Of a stretch of 64,000 nucleotides of DNA, positions 53,210-62,144 are shown piece by piece. The notes beneath the pieces were generated by a model. The model was given only the letters and a program-made list of their open reading frames with translations. It made no database searches and was not told where the DNA came from. The position numbers were made by a program, and so were the translations under genes. The DNA is taken from the NCBI RefSeq assembly GCF_003019035.1, contig NZ_CP027447.1. The stretch is one strand, 5' to 3'. The stretch is from Escherichia coli. GTDB lineage: Bacteria > Pseudomonadota > Gammaproteobacteria > Enterobacterales > Enterobacteriaceae. Positions within the stretch are counted from its first letter, which is position 1. Each line of letters begins with the position of its first letter.

Positions 53210-54303
53210 CAGAACCCGATTTTATTGAACGCGATGCCGATAAAATCACGGCAGAAATGATTGCGAAGTATGAAGAGGATACCGGAAAAACGCTGTACCC
53301 GGCACAGGCTGAACGTCTGCTGATTGACCTGTGGGCCTATCGCGAAATGCTGGTCAGGGTGGCAGTACAGGAGGCGGCGAAGCAGAATCTGGTCGCTTTT
53401 TCCCGTGAGCCGATGATTGATTACCTCGGTGAACTGGTCGGTGTATACCGCCTTGCCGCGCAGCCTGCCACCACCACACTTCAGTTCTCTGTGGATGAGG
53501 CACTGGCCATTGATGTGCTGATCCCGGCAGGCACCCGCGTCAGCGCTTCCGACAGTATTATTTTTGCCACCGATACAGACGTGGTGCTGAAGGCCGGATT
53601 GCTGCTGGTCAATGTCACGGCCACCTGTACCGAGCCGGGTACCGCTGGCAACGGCTGGCAACCGGCGCAGGTCAGTCAGTTACTCGATGAGATTGATAAC
53701 ATTGACCTGCTGGTGACCAATCTGACGGCCAGCTCTGGCGGTTCAGAGCAGGAAGACGATGACCGGCTCCGGGAGCGTATCAGGCTGGCCCCGGAGTCAT
53801 TCACCAATGCCGGAAGCCGTGGTGCATACCGTTTTCATGCTATGGGGGCGCATCCCGGCATTGTCGACGTTGCTGTTCTTTCTCCCGCTCCCGGCACTGT
53901 CGAGCTGTATCCGCTGCTCAGCACTGGTCTGCCGGACAGCAGTATCCTCACTCTGGTAGAGAGTTTCTGTTCTGACGAAAAAGTCAGACCACTCACTGAT
54001 ACCGTGCGGGCTAAAACACCTGTTCAGGTGGATTACACCATTGAAGCCAGGATTACGATCTATCGTGATCAGGATGCAAGGTTGGTAAAGGACAACGCTA
54101 ACAGCGCCATACAGAACTGGGTGGCATCCCGTACCGCCACGCTGGGGCGCGATATTGTTCCCAGCCAGATTATCAGCGTGTTGTCCGTTTCCGGGGTGTA
54201 CCAGGTCGAACTGGTGACACCGGCACTGAGGGTGGTGGCAGAAAACGAATGGGCAAACTGTACGGCGATCACTCTTAACATGACCGGGGTGTCCGATGGC
54301 TAA
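53200..54303 (+). CDS. baseplate J-like protein (Mu gp47)
   Basis: 367 aa. FIERDADKITAEMIAKYEEDTGKTLYPAQAERLLIDLWAY is typical of the J family. Confidence 0.85.
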   Translation: MALTEPDFIERDADKITAEMIAKYEEDTGKTLYPAQAERLLIDLWAYREMLVRVAVQEAAKQNLVAFSREPMIDYLGELVGVYRLAAQPATTTLQFSVDEALAIDVLIPAGTRVSASDSIIFATDTDVVLKAGLLLVNVTATCTEPGTAGNGWQPAQVSQLLDEIDNIDLLVTNLTASSGGSEQEDDDRLRERIRLAPESFTNAGSRGAYRFHAMGAHPGIVDVAVLSPAPGTVELYPLLSTGLPDSSILTLVESFCSDEKVRPLTDTVRAKTPVQVDYTIEARITIYRDQDARLVKDNANSAIQNWVASRTATLGRDIVPSQIISVLSVSGVYQVELVTPALRVVAENEWANCTAITLNMTGVSDG

Positions 54304-54874
54304 GGTGCTACAACTCCCGCCACCGCTTGAGGGTGATATCAGTCTCAGAACGCTGGGAAGACTGGCCGGACGGCTGGATAACATCGACCTGAGCGTACTG
54401 ATGGTCGGTCTCGTCGATATTGTCGACAGTTCCGCGCTGCCATGGCTTGGCGAGCAGTTCTCGCTGTTCGGCGATGGCTGGGAACTGGCGGAATCGGACG
54501 ATGTACGCCGCATGCTTATCAAATCCGCTATCGAGCTACACCGCTATAAAGGAACACCGTGGTCAATCCGGGAAATTATCCGCCGTTTTGGCTTCGGCGA
54601 AGTGGATCTGATTGAAGGTACGGGGCAGATTGGCTATGACGGCAGACACACGTACAACGGGCTTTTCGTCCATGGTGATGCACAAGCCTGGGCAGTCTAT
54701 CGCGTCATCTTTCAACAACCCATCACTAACGATCAGGCGGCGCTGTTACGTCAGACGCTTGCTGCCTTTGCTCCGGCTCGCTGTCATCTGGCAAGTCTGG
54801 AATATCAGTCTGTCGCCATTCGATACAACAGTACTACCTGTTATGACGGTAGTTACAACCACGGGAGCAGTTAA
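54296..54874 (+). CDS. P2 gpI-like tail protein (Mu gp48)
   Basis: 192 aa. LLPPPLEGD...HRYKGTPWSIREII is typical of the family. Confidence 0.8.
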   Translation: MAKVLQLPPPLEGDISLRTLGRLAGRLDNIDLSVLMVGLVDIVDSSALPWLGEQFSLFGDGWELAESDDVRRMLIKSAIELHRYKGTPWSIREIIRRFGFGEVDLIEGTGQIGYDGRHTYNGLFVHGDAQAWAVYRVIFQQPITNDQAALLRQTLAAFAPARCHLASLEYQSVAIRYNSTTCYDGSYNHGSS

Positions 54875-54876
54875 TT

Positions 54877-55845
54877 ATGGCAAATCTACCCGAAACCCCG
54901 CAGTGGGAAAGCGGCATCTACCAGATTGAGGTCTCTGACCCCGTTCTGGGCGGACCTGACGGAATTTCTAACCGCCAGGCTAAACAACTGGCCAGCCGAA
55001 CGTCATACCTCAAACAGAAGGTCGAAAAAAGCGGAACAGACCTGGCTGCACATATCGCGGCAGTTGACCCGCATACCCAGTACGCGACGAAAGCCAGTCC
55101 GACATTCACCGGCACACCAACAGCACCTACACCTGCAAATGGTGATAACAGCAAAAAGCTGGCGACGACGGAGTTTGTGGCCAAAGCACTTGCGGCACTT
55201 GCAGGCAGCGCCCCTGAGACACTGGATACGCTTAAAGAGCTGGCTGACGCTCTCGGTAATGATCCAAACTTTGCGACTACGGTACTGAACAAGCTGGCGG
55301 AAAAGCTGGCTAAAGACCAGAACGGCGCAGATATTCCTGAGCCTGCGCTGTTTGTCAAAAACCTTGGTTTGGGGGAAGGCTCTGCACTGCCCGTTGGTGT
55401 GCCCGTTCCGTGGCCCTTAGCAACACCACCAACGGGCTGGCTGAAATGTAACGGTGCAGCATTTTCTTCTGAAATGTACCCCAAACTGGCAAAAGCCTAC
55501 CCCGCGAATAAATTACCGGATTTACGCGGAGAATTTATCCGTGGCTGGGATGATGGGCGAGGAATTGATGCGGCACGCGCTTTATTGAGCATTCAAAACG
55601 GGATGTTGGAAAAACACCGCCATATTGTTGTAGCTAACGATGGATATGACACAAAAGATGAATGGGAGTTGGCTACGATTTTCAAAAAAACATATACACA
55701 AGGCAGGGGGCTTGATGCCACAAATACAGGAGGGAGTTTGACTCCATCACCAACGCTTCATTCACGAGGAAGTATTGGTAACACAGGTGGTAGTGAAACC
55801 CGCCCCCGCAATATTGCATTTAACTATATCGTGAGGGCGGCTTAG
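54877..55845 (+). CDS. tail fibre, currently expressed form (constant N-terminus plus variable tip A)
   Basis: 322 aa. The N-terminus is MANLPETPQWESGIYQIEVSDPVLGGPDGISNRQAKQLA. The gene crosses the left inversion site at 55352..55377. The tip ends ETRPRNIAFNYIVRAA. Confidence 0.85.
   Translation: MANLPETPQWESGIYQIEVSDPVLGGPDGISNRQAKQLASRTSYLKQKVEKSGTDLAAHIAAVDPHTQYATKASPTFTGTPTAPTPANGDNSKKLATTEFVAKALAALAGSAPETLDTLKELADALGNDPNFATTVLNKLAEKLAKDQNGADIPEPALFVKNLGLGEGSALPVGVPVPWPLATPPTGWLKCNGAAFSSEMYPKLAKAYPANKLPDLRGEFIRGWDDGRGIDAARALLSIQNGMLEKHRHIVVANDGYDTKDEWELATIFKKTYTQGRGLDATNTGGSLTPSPTLHSRGSIGNTGGSETRPRNIAFNYIVRAA
55352..55377. repeat. left inversion crossover site (gix/hix-like)
   Basis: TTGTCAAAAACCTTGGTTTGGGGGAA. 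Compare the recalled hix reverse strand TTATCAAAAACCTTGGTTTTCAAGAA. Confidence 0.75.
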
Positions 55846-55851
55846 TTATAT

Positions 55852-56469
55852 TCAACTGGCTGCTGCCAGAGGCATTTCCGGCCAGTTGATATCCGGTGCA
55901 GTGCTGATGTCAGTCGCATTAAGCACATCTATGAAATCAAGCACGGCGTTTAGTTTTTCCGTCTCCTGGGGCGTCAATCGGCGTCCGGCTCGTAGTTTGA
56001 GATTTATAAGCTCAACAGATGCCATTGCCTGTTCCTCAAGTTGCTGACGATGCACTCCGGCAGCTTCCAGTTCTGCTGCGTGCTGTCGTCCCGCATCTGT
56101 CACCCAGGTCTCACCATCCCAGACATCATAGATAGTAGCTGGCTGTTTCACCGTCGTATCAGGAGGGTAATCTCCCGGTTGTGTGATTTGCACAGCGTTA
56201 CCATTCTCTGTGCTGTAAACCGTTTCGCCTCTGTGGTCTGGAACATATTTCCAGATGTTCTGGTCGGTATCACGACAGACAGCGAAGCCGGGGCGTTTTT
56301 CTGGTGGCGCGTCAATGCATGAGTGAGCCGGAATTCCAACACCATAAGCGAGATACTCAACAGTGGCAGAGAGATATTCACGGTTTTCAGCATCGTAGTT
56401 ATAAACGGTAATATCGCCTGCAGTTATAGCGATACCATTCTGATCAAGTACTGCAGCAGCATTATTCAT
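55852..56469 (-). CDS. tail fibre assembly chaperone (Tfa/Mu U-like), serving the silent tip B
   Basis: 205 aa. ITVYNYDAENREYL...IYDVWDGETWVTD...LNAVLDFIDVLNATDIS is a typical Tfa. Its start overlaps the tip B stop (TAATG). Confidence 0.8.
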   Translation of the reverse strand: MNNAAAVLDQNGIAITAGDITVYNYDAENREYLSATVEYLAYGVGIPAHSCIDAPPEKRPGFAVCRDTDQNIWKYVPDHRGETVYSTENGNAVQITQPGDYPPDTTVKQPATIYDVWDGETWVTDAGRQHAAELEAAGVHRQQLEEQAMASVELINLKLRAGRRLTPQETEKLNAVLDFIDVLNATDISTAPDINWPEMPLAAAS

Positions 56470-56972
56470 TAAGTAGCCCTTACAATATAGTTAAACGCAA
56501 TATTACGGGGGCGGTTTTCCGTTCCTGTATTCCCTCCGTTGGCACCTAATCTATAAACACCACGAGTGCCAATAGCACGTAGTGAAGATGGAACTTTTAC
56601 ACCTGACTCATCTGTTTTAACAATCCCGCCATCACCGTATGTAGCCAGTATACCAGGGTTTGTTCCTGCACGGGTGCTATTTGCGGCAAGCCCTTCACCA
56701 GTCCATAACTCCATATAGTGAATATGATCTATAACCGAATGTGATTGTGCATTAAGCAAGGAACGCCCTGAATCAATTCCCCGCCCGTCATCCCAGCCGC
56801 GAATAAACTCACCCCGTAAATCCGGTAATTTATTCGCGGGGTAGGCTTTTGCCAGTTTGGGGTACATTTCAGAAGAAAATGCTGCACCGTTACATTTCAG
56901 CCACCCTGCTGGCGGTGTGGCTGAGGGCCACGGAACGGGCACACCAACGGGCAGTGCAGAGCCTTCCCCCAA
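56469..56972 (-). CDS. alternative tail-fibre tip B cassette (silent in this orientation)
   Basis: GEGSALPVGVPVPWPSATPPAGWLKCNGAAFSSEMYPKLAKAYPANKLPDLRGEFIRGWDDGRGID closely matches tip A residues, then diverges. It has no start context of its own. Confidence 0.75.
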   Translation of the reverse strand: MGEGSALPVGVPVPWPSATPPAGWLKCNGAAFSSEMYPKLAKAYPANKLPDLRGEFIRGWDDGRGIDSGRSLLNAQSHSVIDHIHYMELWTGEGLAANSTRAGTNPGILATYGDGGIVKTDESGVKVPSSLRAIGTRGVYRLGANGGNTGTENRPRNIAFNYIVRAT

Positions 56973-56989
56973 ACCAACGTTTTCGTCTT
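56964..56989. repeat. right inversion crossover site (gix/hix-like)
   Basis: TTCCCCCAAACCAACGTTTTCGTCTT. Its inner half is the exact inverted copy of the left site's inner half (GGTTTGGGGGAA). The central dinucleotide is TT/AA. Confidence 0.75.
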
Positions 56990-57043
56990 AACTCCCACCT
57001 ATACCAGCTATGTATTTTTAACAAAACAAAGAGGATATTTTTC

Positions 57044-57616
57044 ATGCAAATTGGCTACATTCGTGTGTCAACAAATGACCAGAATACAGATTTACAACGA
57101 AACGCACTGAACTGCGCAGGATGTGAACTGATTTTTGAGGATAAAATCAGCGGAACAAAGTCAGCCCGACCGGGATTGAAAAAGCTGCTCAGAACGTTAT
57201 CAGAAGGAGATACGCTCGTTGTCTGGAAGCTGGACAGGCTGGGCAGAAGCATGAAACACCTCATCACTCTTATTGAGGAACTGCGGGAAAAAGGGGTTAA
57301 CTTCCGTAGTCTTACAGACAGCATTGATACGTCAACACCCATGGGACGTTTCTTTTTTCACGTCATGGGGGCTTTAGCGGAAATGGAGCGTGAATTAATA
57401 GTTGAACGAACACTGGCCGGACTTGAAGCAGCACGTGCACAGGGGCGTATTGGTGGACGTCGTCCGAAACTGACAAAAGAGCAACATGAACAAATAGCAA
57501 GGCTGATCAAAAATGGCTATAGCAGGAAACAGTTGGCAATTATTTACGATATCGGTATATCGACGATTTATCGTTATCACCCTGTAGAGGAACTTCAAAC
57601 TCAAGCTGAGTTGTAA
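57044..57616 (+). CDS. serine DNA invertase (Gin/Hin/Pin family)
   Basis: MQIGYIRVSTNDQNTDLQRNAL...VVWKLDRLGRSMKHLI...MGRFFFHVMGALAEMERELIVERT is very close to recalled Pin/Gin. The listed longer ORF was trimmed to this ATG. Confidence 0.9.
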   Translation: MQIGYIRVSTNDQNTDLQRNALNCAGCELIFEDKISGTKSARPGLKKLLRTLSEGDTLVVWKLDRLGRSMKHLITLIEELREKGVNFRSLTDSIDTSTPMGRFFFHVMGALAEMERELIVERTLAGLEAARAQGRIGGRRPKLTKEQHEQIARLIKNGYSRKQLAIIYDIGISTIYRYHPVEELQTQAEL

Positions 57617-57651
57617 TTCTTTTTCTGATATTGAAATGCCGCGGCGATGTA

Positions 57652-57664
57652 ATTTATCTCACGG
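57652..57664 (-). repeat. right-end copy of the terminal 13-mer (candidate transposase binding site)
   Basis: ATTTATCTCACGG is the inverted copy of CCGTGAGATAAAT at 21471..21483. A degenerate copy (CGTTTATCGC) lies nearer the end, at about 57674..57683. Confidence 0.55.
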
Positions 57665-57706
57665 AAATAGGTACGTTTATCGCGCGGCGCATCAATTCCT
57701 TTGTAA

Positions 57707-57715
57707 ATCCAGCAA
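57707..57715. repeat. right copy of the 9-bp direct repeat flanking the prophage
   Basis: ATCCAGCAA is identical to 21414..21422. Confidence 0.8.
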
Positions 57716-58204
57716 ATCATCAATGCCAGTTTCACTTGCGGTATAAAAACTATCGGACTGAAAAACACACGGGCGACCTTGCTGATTAAAGGTCATCAGA
57801 ATCAAAAACGCGTTAGGTGCCAGACCATTTCCTGAAATACCCCGCCAGATAACCAGATCCTGAATGCCGTTACGATCAAGATCGGCACGGTAAAGTTGCG
57901 CATTACCCGCCATATTTTGCAGCACCCCCACAGGCACAGACCAGGATTTACCGGCGCGATCTTTACCGTTCAATTGCCATTCACTATCATCATTTGGCAT
58001 CTTTTCAAGCGTCACGCCAGCAACGCCGACTTTTCTAAAATGCCAGGTTTGCTCGGCATCATAAGGCATGGTCAGGAGAGGTTTCAGCGCCCGCTTTTGC
58101 GCGTATTCGCTGTCACTCATCGGCAGATATTCGGTAAAGCTGGTGGCCTGTGCAGGCAGCACTAAGCTCAATAAAAAAGCGCACATCCCTGTTCTGATGT
58201 TCAA
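57707..58204 (-). pseudogene. N-terminal fragment of the host ORF split by the prophage (secreted protein)
   Basis: MNIRTGMCAFLLSLVLPAQATSF is a signal peptide. The fragment continues ...ADLDRNGIQDLVIW...SETGIDDLLD, after which 4 phage-derived codons and a stop follow (listed ORF 57692..58204). Confidence 0.7.
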
Positions 58205-58228
58205 TTCCCTGAATTCCTTACTGAAAAA

Positions 58229-58699
58229 CTACTCTTCTTCCACCGCTAACTGCGCGAAGCCGCCGTTCCCTTCCCAGCCTTCCAGACGTTGATAAACGGT
58301 TTCCACCGCATCTTTAATCGGCTGGGTCATCGGGTAGTAAAAGCCGACGATATCCGGCTGGATGCCGAGGAAAATCACTTCGCCAATGTCTTCTTTCAAC
58401 TGGTCGATAAGGTAGTTCAGCGGCATGTTATGGGTAGTCATCATAAACATCTCGGCGATGTCATCCGGGTCGATGATGCGGATCTCGCCGGGGTTTAGCC
58501 CCATATCCGTGGCGTCGACAATCAGCAGTCGTGTCGGGCGCAGTTCACGGATGGCGACGATATCGTTTTCCGGTGCGCTACCGCCGTCAATCACCACCCA
58601 GTTACCTTTCGGCGCGGCGGCGCACTTTTCCGCCAGCAGCGGGCCTGCGCCATCATCGCCCATCATGCTATTGCCAACACAGAGTAAAACGTCAGTCAC
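58229..58699 (-). CDS. hycI: hydrogenase 3 maturation protease
   Basis: 156 aa ([25 protein letters not shown]...). Confidence 0.95.
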   Translation of the reverse strand: MTDVLLCVGNSMMGDDGAGPLLAEKCAAAPKGNWVVIDGGSAPENDIVAIRELRPTRLLIVDATDMGLNPGEIRIIDPDDIAEMFMMTTHNMPLNYLIDQLKEDIGEVIFLGIQPDIVGFYYPMTQPIKDAVETVYQRLEGWEGNGGFAQLAVEEE

Positions 58700-59102
58700 G
58701 CAATCTCCTCACCATCAAATAGATGGCATTTTCCTGATAAATATCATGCAGCATACTTAACAGCATGGTACTCCATTCTTTCTGCTGCGAAGTTTGCGCT
58801 GCCCGGGCTTTATCGAATGCGTTAGCCAGCATCGGCACATGGTTAATGTCGATGACGATCTCACCGTACTTCGGCACGCCTTCCATTTTACGGCGGGCTT
58901 CACTGCCCGCCTCCAGAGTGGCAATCCATGCCAGATATTCATCCCACGGGCAGGTGAGCGCGGCTTCCAGGCAATCGATAACCCCAAGGTGGTGACCAAT
59001 CGCCAGGCTGTAATAGACCACCTGCTGCGCCTCGGCGGGCGTGGCATCGTTCTCATCAATAAATTTACGGCTCAGTTGACTGAACACCACCTTTTCACTC
59101 AT
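58692..59102 (-). CDS. hycH: formate hydrogenlyase maturation protein HycH
   Basis: 136 aa at the syntenic position, overlapping hycI. Confidence 0.95.
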   Translation of the reverse strand: MSEKVVFSQLSRKFIDENDATPAEAQQVVYYSLAIGHHLGVIDCLEAALTCPWDEYLAWIATLEAGSEARRKMEGVPKYGEIVIDINHVPMLANAFDKARAAQTSQQKEWSTMLLSMLHDIYQENAIYLMVRRLRD

Positions 59103-59866
59103 CGGATACGCGCCTCTTCAACAACATGATTCAGATGGCTGACAATCTCGTTCAGACGCGGATCGTTTTCCGCTTCCAGCCAGCGTGCAACCTGTTCTTC
59201 ACCCTGCCCTAACTGTGTCAGGAAGTCATCGGCAATCTGACGACCGTAACGATAACCCGCCAGGCGGCGTGCTTCGCGATCCACTTTCACACGCAGCGGC
59301 TGCACCATATCGCCATGAAGGATTTCCGCCGGTTGTTCATCCTGCTCACCCGGGCCACGGGCGTGAATTTTCTGCTCCAGCAGGCCGAGCGCCATTGCAA
59401 AGCCGTACAGCGTGGCGGCTGGCGTTGGCGGGCACCCCGGAATGTAGACATCCACCGGGACGATTTTATCCGTACCGCCCCACACGCAGTAGAGATCGTG
59501 GAAAATGCCGCCGCTGTTACCGCAGGCACCGTAGGAGATACAGATTTTCGGGTCCGGCGCGGACTGCCACGCACGCAGCGCAGGGGATCGCATTGCACGG
59601 GTGACCGCGCCGGTAAACAGTAAAATATCCGCATGACGCGGTGACGGGACGACTTTAATGCCGAAGCGTTCTGCATCGAACAGCGGCGAAAGCGTGGCGA
59701 AAATTTCGATTTCACAGCCGTTGCAGCCGCCGCAGTCCACGCGGTAAACGTAGGCAGAACGTTTGATTTTTTTCAGTAACGACGCCTTCATGCTGGCGAT
59801 GGATTCATCCACCGTCATCGGGACCGGAATGCCGTTGGCGTCACGGGGGCCTAATAAATTGCTCAT
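59099..59866 (-). CDS. hycG: hydrogenase 3 small subunit
   Basis: 255 aa with the NuoB-like cysteine motif [10 protein letters not shown] and the later motif GCPP. Confidence 0.95.
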   Translation of the reverse strand: MSNLLGPRDANGIPVPMTVDESIASMKASLLKKIKRSAYVYRVDCGGCNGCEIEIFATLSPLFDAERFGIKVVPSPRHADILLFTGAVTRAMRSPALRAWQSAPDPKICISYGACGNSGGIFHDLYCVWGGTDKIVPVDVYIPGCPPTPAATLYGFAMALGLLEQKIHARGPGEQDEQPAEILHGDMVQPLRVKVDREARRLAGYRYGRQIADDFLTQLGQGEEQVARWLEAENDPRLNEIVSHLNHVVEEARIR

Positions 59867-60408
59867 CAGATGGCCTCTTTCATATGGCGAGTCAGTTCAA
59901 TACGGTCGGACGGCACCAGGCATTTCTGGCGCTTACATTCCGGGCAAGTCTCAAAGCTTTCGCGGTGGTTTTCCGCGCGGCTGTCACCATTGTGCTTAAG
60001 CAGCGCAATGGCGTAGTCGATCTCTTTCTGGACGGCGAAAGGACGATTGCAGACGCGGCAGTTGCACAGCGCGAAGCGGGACTGTTGCAGGAAGTCTTCT
60101 TTCTTCCACACCGCCAGTTCGTACTCTTGCGACAGTTTGATCGCCGCCGTCGGGCAAACTTCTTCGCAGCGTCCACAGAAGATGCAGCGCCCGAGATTAA
60201 ACTCCCAGGCAAGCTCTCCTGTGGCGAGGTCGGTTTCAACCGTTAAGGCGTTTGACGGGCAGGCATTGACGCAGGCCGCGCAGCCGATGCACTGCTGCGG
60301 GTTCTGCTCTGGCTTACCACGGAAGTTTTTATCAACCGCAATCGGCTCCAGCGGATAAGACGAGGTCGCCGTGCCGGTTTTGATGACTTTTTTGATAAAG
60401 GTAAACAT
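59866..60408 (-). CDS. hycF: formate hydrogenlyase 4Fe-4S subunit
   Basis: 180 aa with [12 protein letters not shown] and [12 protein letters not shown] clusters. Confidence 0.95.
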   Translation of the reverse strand: MFTFIKKVIKTGTATSSYPLEPIAVDKNFRGKPEQNPQQCIGCAACVNACPSNALTVETDLATGELAWEFNLGRCIFCGRCEEVCPTAAIKLSQEYELAVWKKEDFLQQSRFALCNCRVCNRPFAVQKEIDYAIALLKHNGDSRAENHRESFETCPECKRQKCLVPSDRIELTRHMKEAI

Positions 60409-60417
60409 GGCGATTCC

Positions 60418-62127
60418 TTATTTCAGCGGCGAGTTTTTACGCTCAATGCTGTAGCGCTCGAGTTCTTTGTACGGCACCACTTTGCTCTTCTTCTTACGTA
60501 CATCGACCACGGTCATGCGGTCGGTACAGGAGTAGCAAGGGTCCAGGCTACCGATAATCAGCGGCGCATCGGAAACGGTGTTGCCGCGCAGCATGTAGCG
60601 CAGGGTCGGCCAGTTCGCGTAGGTCGCCGCACGGCAGCGCCAGCGGTACAGCTTCTGGTTGTCGCCGGTCATGCTCCAGTGGATATCGTCGCCGCGCGGC
60701 GCTTCGGCAAAGCCCAGCGCGAAACGGTGCGGAATATAGGTAAAGCCTTCCACCATCAGCGGACCGCCCGGCAGGTTATCCAGACCGTAGTCGATCATGT
60801 TCAGCGCGGTATAGACCTCGTTGATTCGCACTTTCAGACGGGAAATAACGTCGCAGCCCTGCTCGCTGTGGACTTCCATTGGCAGCAGGCCATAACCGAC
60901 AAACGGGTGATCGGCGCGAGTATCGCGGGCGTGACCGCTGGCGCGAACCATCGGGCCAACGTTACTGAAGTCGCGAGCGATTTCCGGGTCCAGACGACCA
61001 ATACCGACGGTGCGTTGTTCCATGTTCGGTGTGCTCAGCAGCACATCCACCAGCTCCTGCACTTCACGACGCATCTGTTGTGCCAGCTGGCGGGTCTGGA
61101 TCATGTCGTCTTTCAGCAGATCGCGACGAATCCCGCCGATCAGGTTCAGGCCGTAGGTTTTACGTGCACCGGTAAGGATCTCTGCCATTTTCATGGAGGT
61201 TTCACGCACGCGGAAGAACTGCATAAAGCCGGAGTCGAAGCCGGTAAAGTGACAGGCCAGGCCGAGATTGAGCAGATGCGAGTGCAGGCGTTCTACCTCC
61301 AGCAGAATGGCGCGGATCATCTGCGCGCGTTCTGGCACCTGAATACCCATCGCGTTTTCCACCGACGTGGTATAGGCGGTGCTGTGAGCAAAGCCGCAGA
61401 TCCCGCACACACGGTCAGAGAGGAAGGTCACTTCGTTGTAACCCATACGGGTTTCCGCCAGTTTTTCCATGCCGCGATGGACGTAGAACAGGCGGTAGTC
61501 GGCGTCGATAATGTTTTCACCATCGACGAACAGACGGAAGTGACCCGGTTCGTCAGAAGTGACGTGCAGTGGACCAATCGGCACGACATTGTTTTTCTTG
61601 TCGCCCAGTTCGTTGATGAACTCGTAGGTTTCAGCATCAGTAGTCGGTGCCGGACGCTGACGATAATCCATGCTGTCTTTACGCAGCGGATAAAGTTCAT
61701 CCGGCCAGTCATCCGGCAGCACCAGACGACGTTCATCCGGCAGACCAACCGGAATCAAACCGTACATATCGCGCACTTCGCGCTCGCCCCACACCGCCGC
61801 CGGAACGCGCGGCGTTACGGACGGATATTCCGGTTTGTTGGCGTCAACTTCGACGCGCACCGTTACCCAGCACTTAGTCCCCTTCTCCATCGACAGCACG
61901 TAGTAAACGGCGTAATGACCATTAAGTTTGCGTTCGTCGTTACCAAACAGCACCGACAGCCAGCCCCCCTGCTTGTAATAGAGAAACTCCACCACTTCCG
62001 GCAGGTAGTTCACCTTCACGGTCACGGTCAGCTGATCTTTGGTCTGCCAGGCGTGGTCCAGCACGACGCCCGGAAATGCCTCATTCAGCGCGGCGAGATA
62101 ATGTTGACCTAATTTTTCTTCAGACAT
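60418..62127 (-). CDS. hycE: hydrogenase 3 large subunit
   Basis: MSEEKLGQHYLAALNEAFPGVVLDHAW...DPCYSCTDR, 569 aa from the ATG at 62125..62127. Confidence 0.95.
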   Translation of the reverse strand: MSEEKLGQHYLAALNEAFPGVVLDHAWQTKDQLTVTVKVNYLPEVVEFLYYKQGGWLSVLFGNDERKLNGHYAVYYVLSMEKGTKCWVTVRVEVDANKPEYPSVTPRVPAAVWGEREVRDMYGLIPVGLPDERRLVLPDDWPDELYPLRKDSMDYRQRPAPTTDAETYEFINELGDKKNNVVPIGPLHVTSDEPGHFRLFVDGENIIDADYRLFYVHRGMEKLAETRMGYNEVTFLSDRVCGICGFAHSTAYTTSVENAMGIQVPERAQMIRAILLEVERLHSHLLNLGLACHFTGFDSGFMQFFRVRETSMKMAEILTGARKTYGLNLIGGIRRDLLKDDMIQTRQLAQQMRREVQELVDVLLSTPNMEQRTVGIGRLDPEIARDFSNVGPMVRASGHARDTRADHPFVGYGLLPMEVHSEQGCDVISRLKVRINEVYTALNMIDYGLDNLPGGPLMVEGFTYIPHRFALGFAEAPRGDDIHWSMTGDNQKLYRWRCRAATYANWPTLRYMLRGNTVSDAPLIIGSLDPCYSCTDRMTVVDVRKKKSKVVPYKELERYSIERKNSPLK

Positions 62128-62144
62128 GCTCAAACTCTCTTTAA

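Larger units (their letters stand above)
55352..56989. other. invertible DNA segment (Mu G-segment-like), about 1.64 kb
   Basis: It is bounded by inverted 26-bp hix/gix-like sites and holds two alternative fibre tips plus one Tfa gene. A Gin-like invertase gene lies immediately to the right. Confidence 0.8.
21423..57706. mobile_element. Mu-like transposable prophage, 36,284 bp, apparently intact
   Basis: It is bounded by the 9-bp direct repeat inside a split host ORF. It encodes a DDE transposase, MuB-like ATPase, Gam, GemA, Mor, DUF3486/TerL/portal/MuF head genes, a P2-like tail and a Gin-like invertase. No frameshifted core genes were seen. Confidence 0.9.

Noticed and set aside
60679-62112. 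477-aa + strand ORF
   Set aside because: It lies entirely antisense to hycE, whose identity is secure. Its composition is rich in Val, His and Gln. Long antisense ORFs are expected in GC-rich, highly expressed genes.
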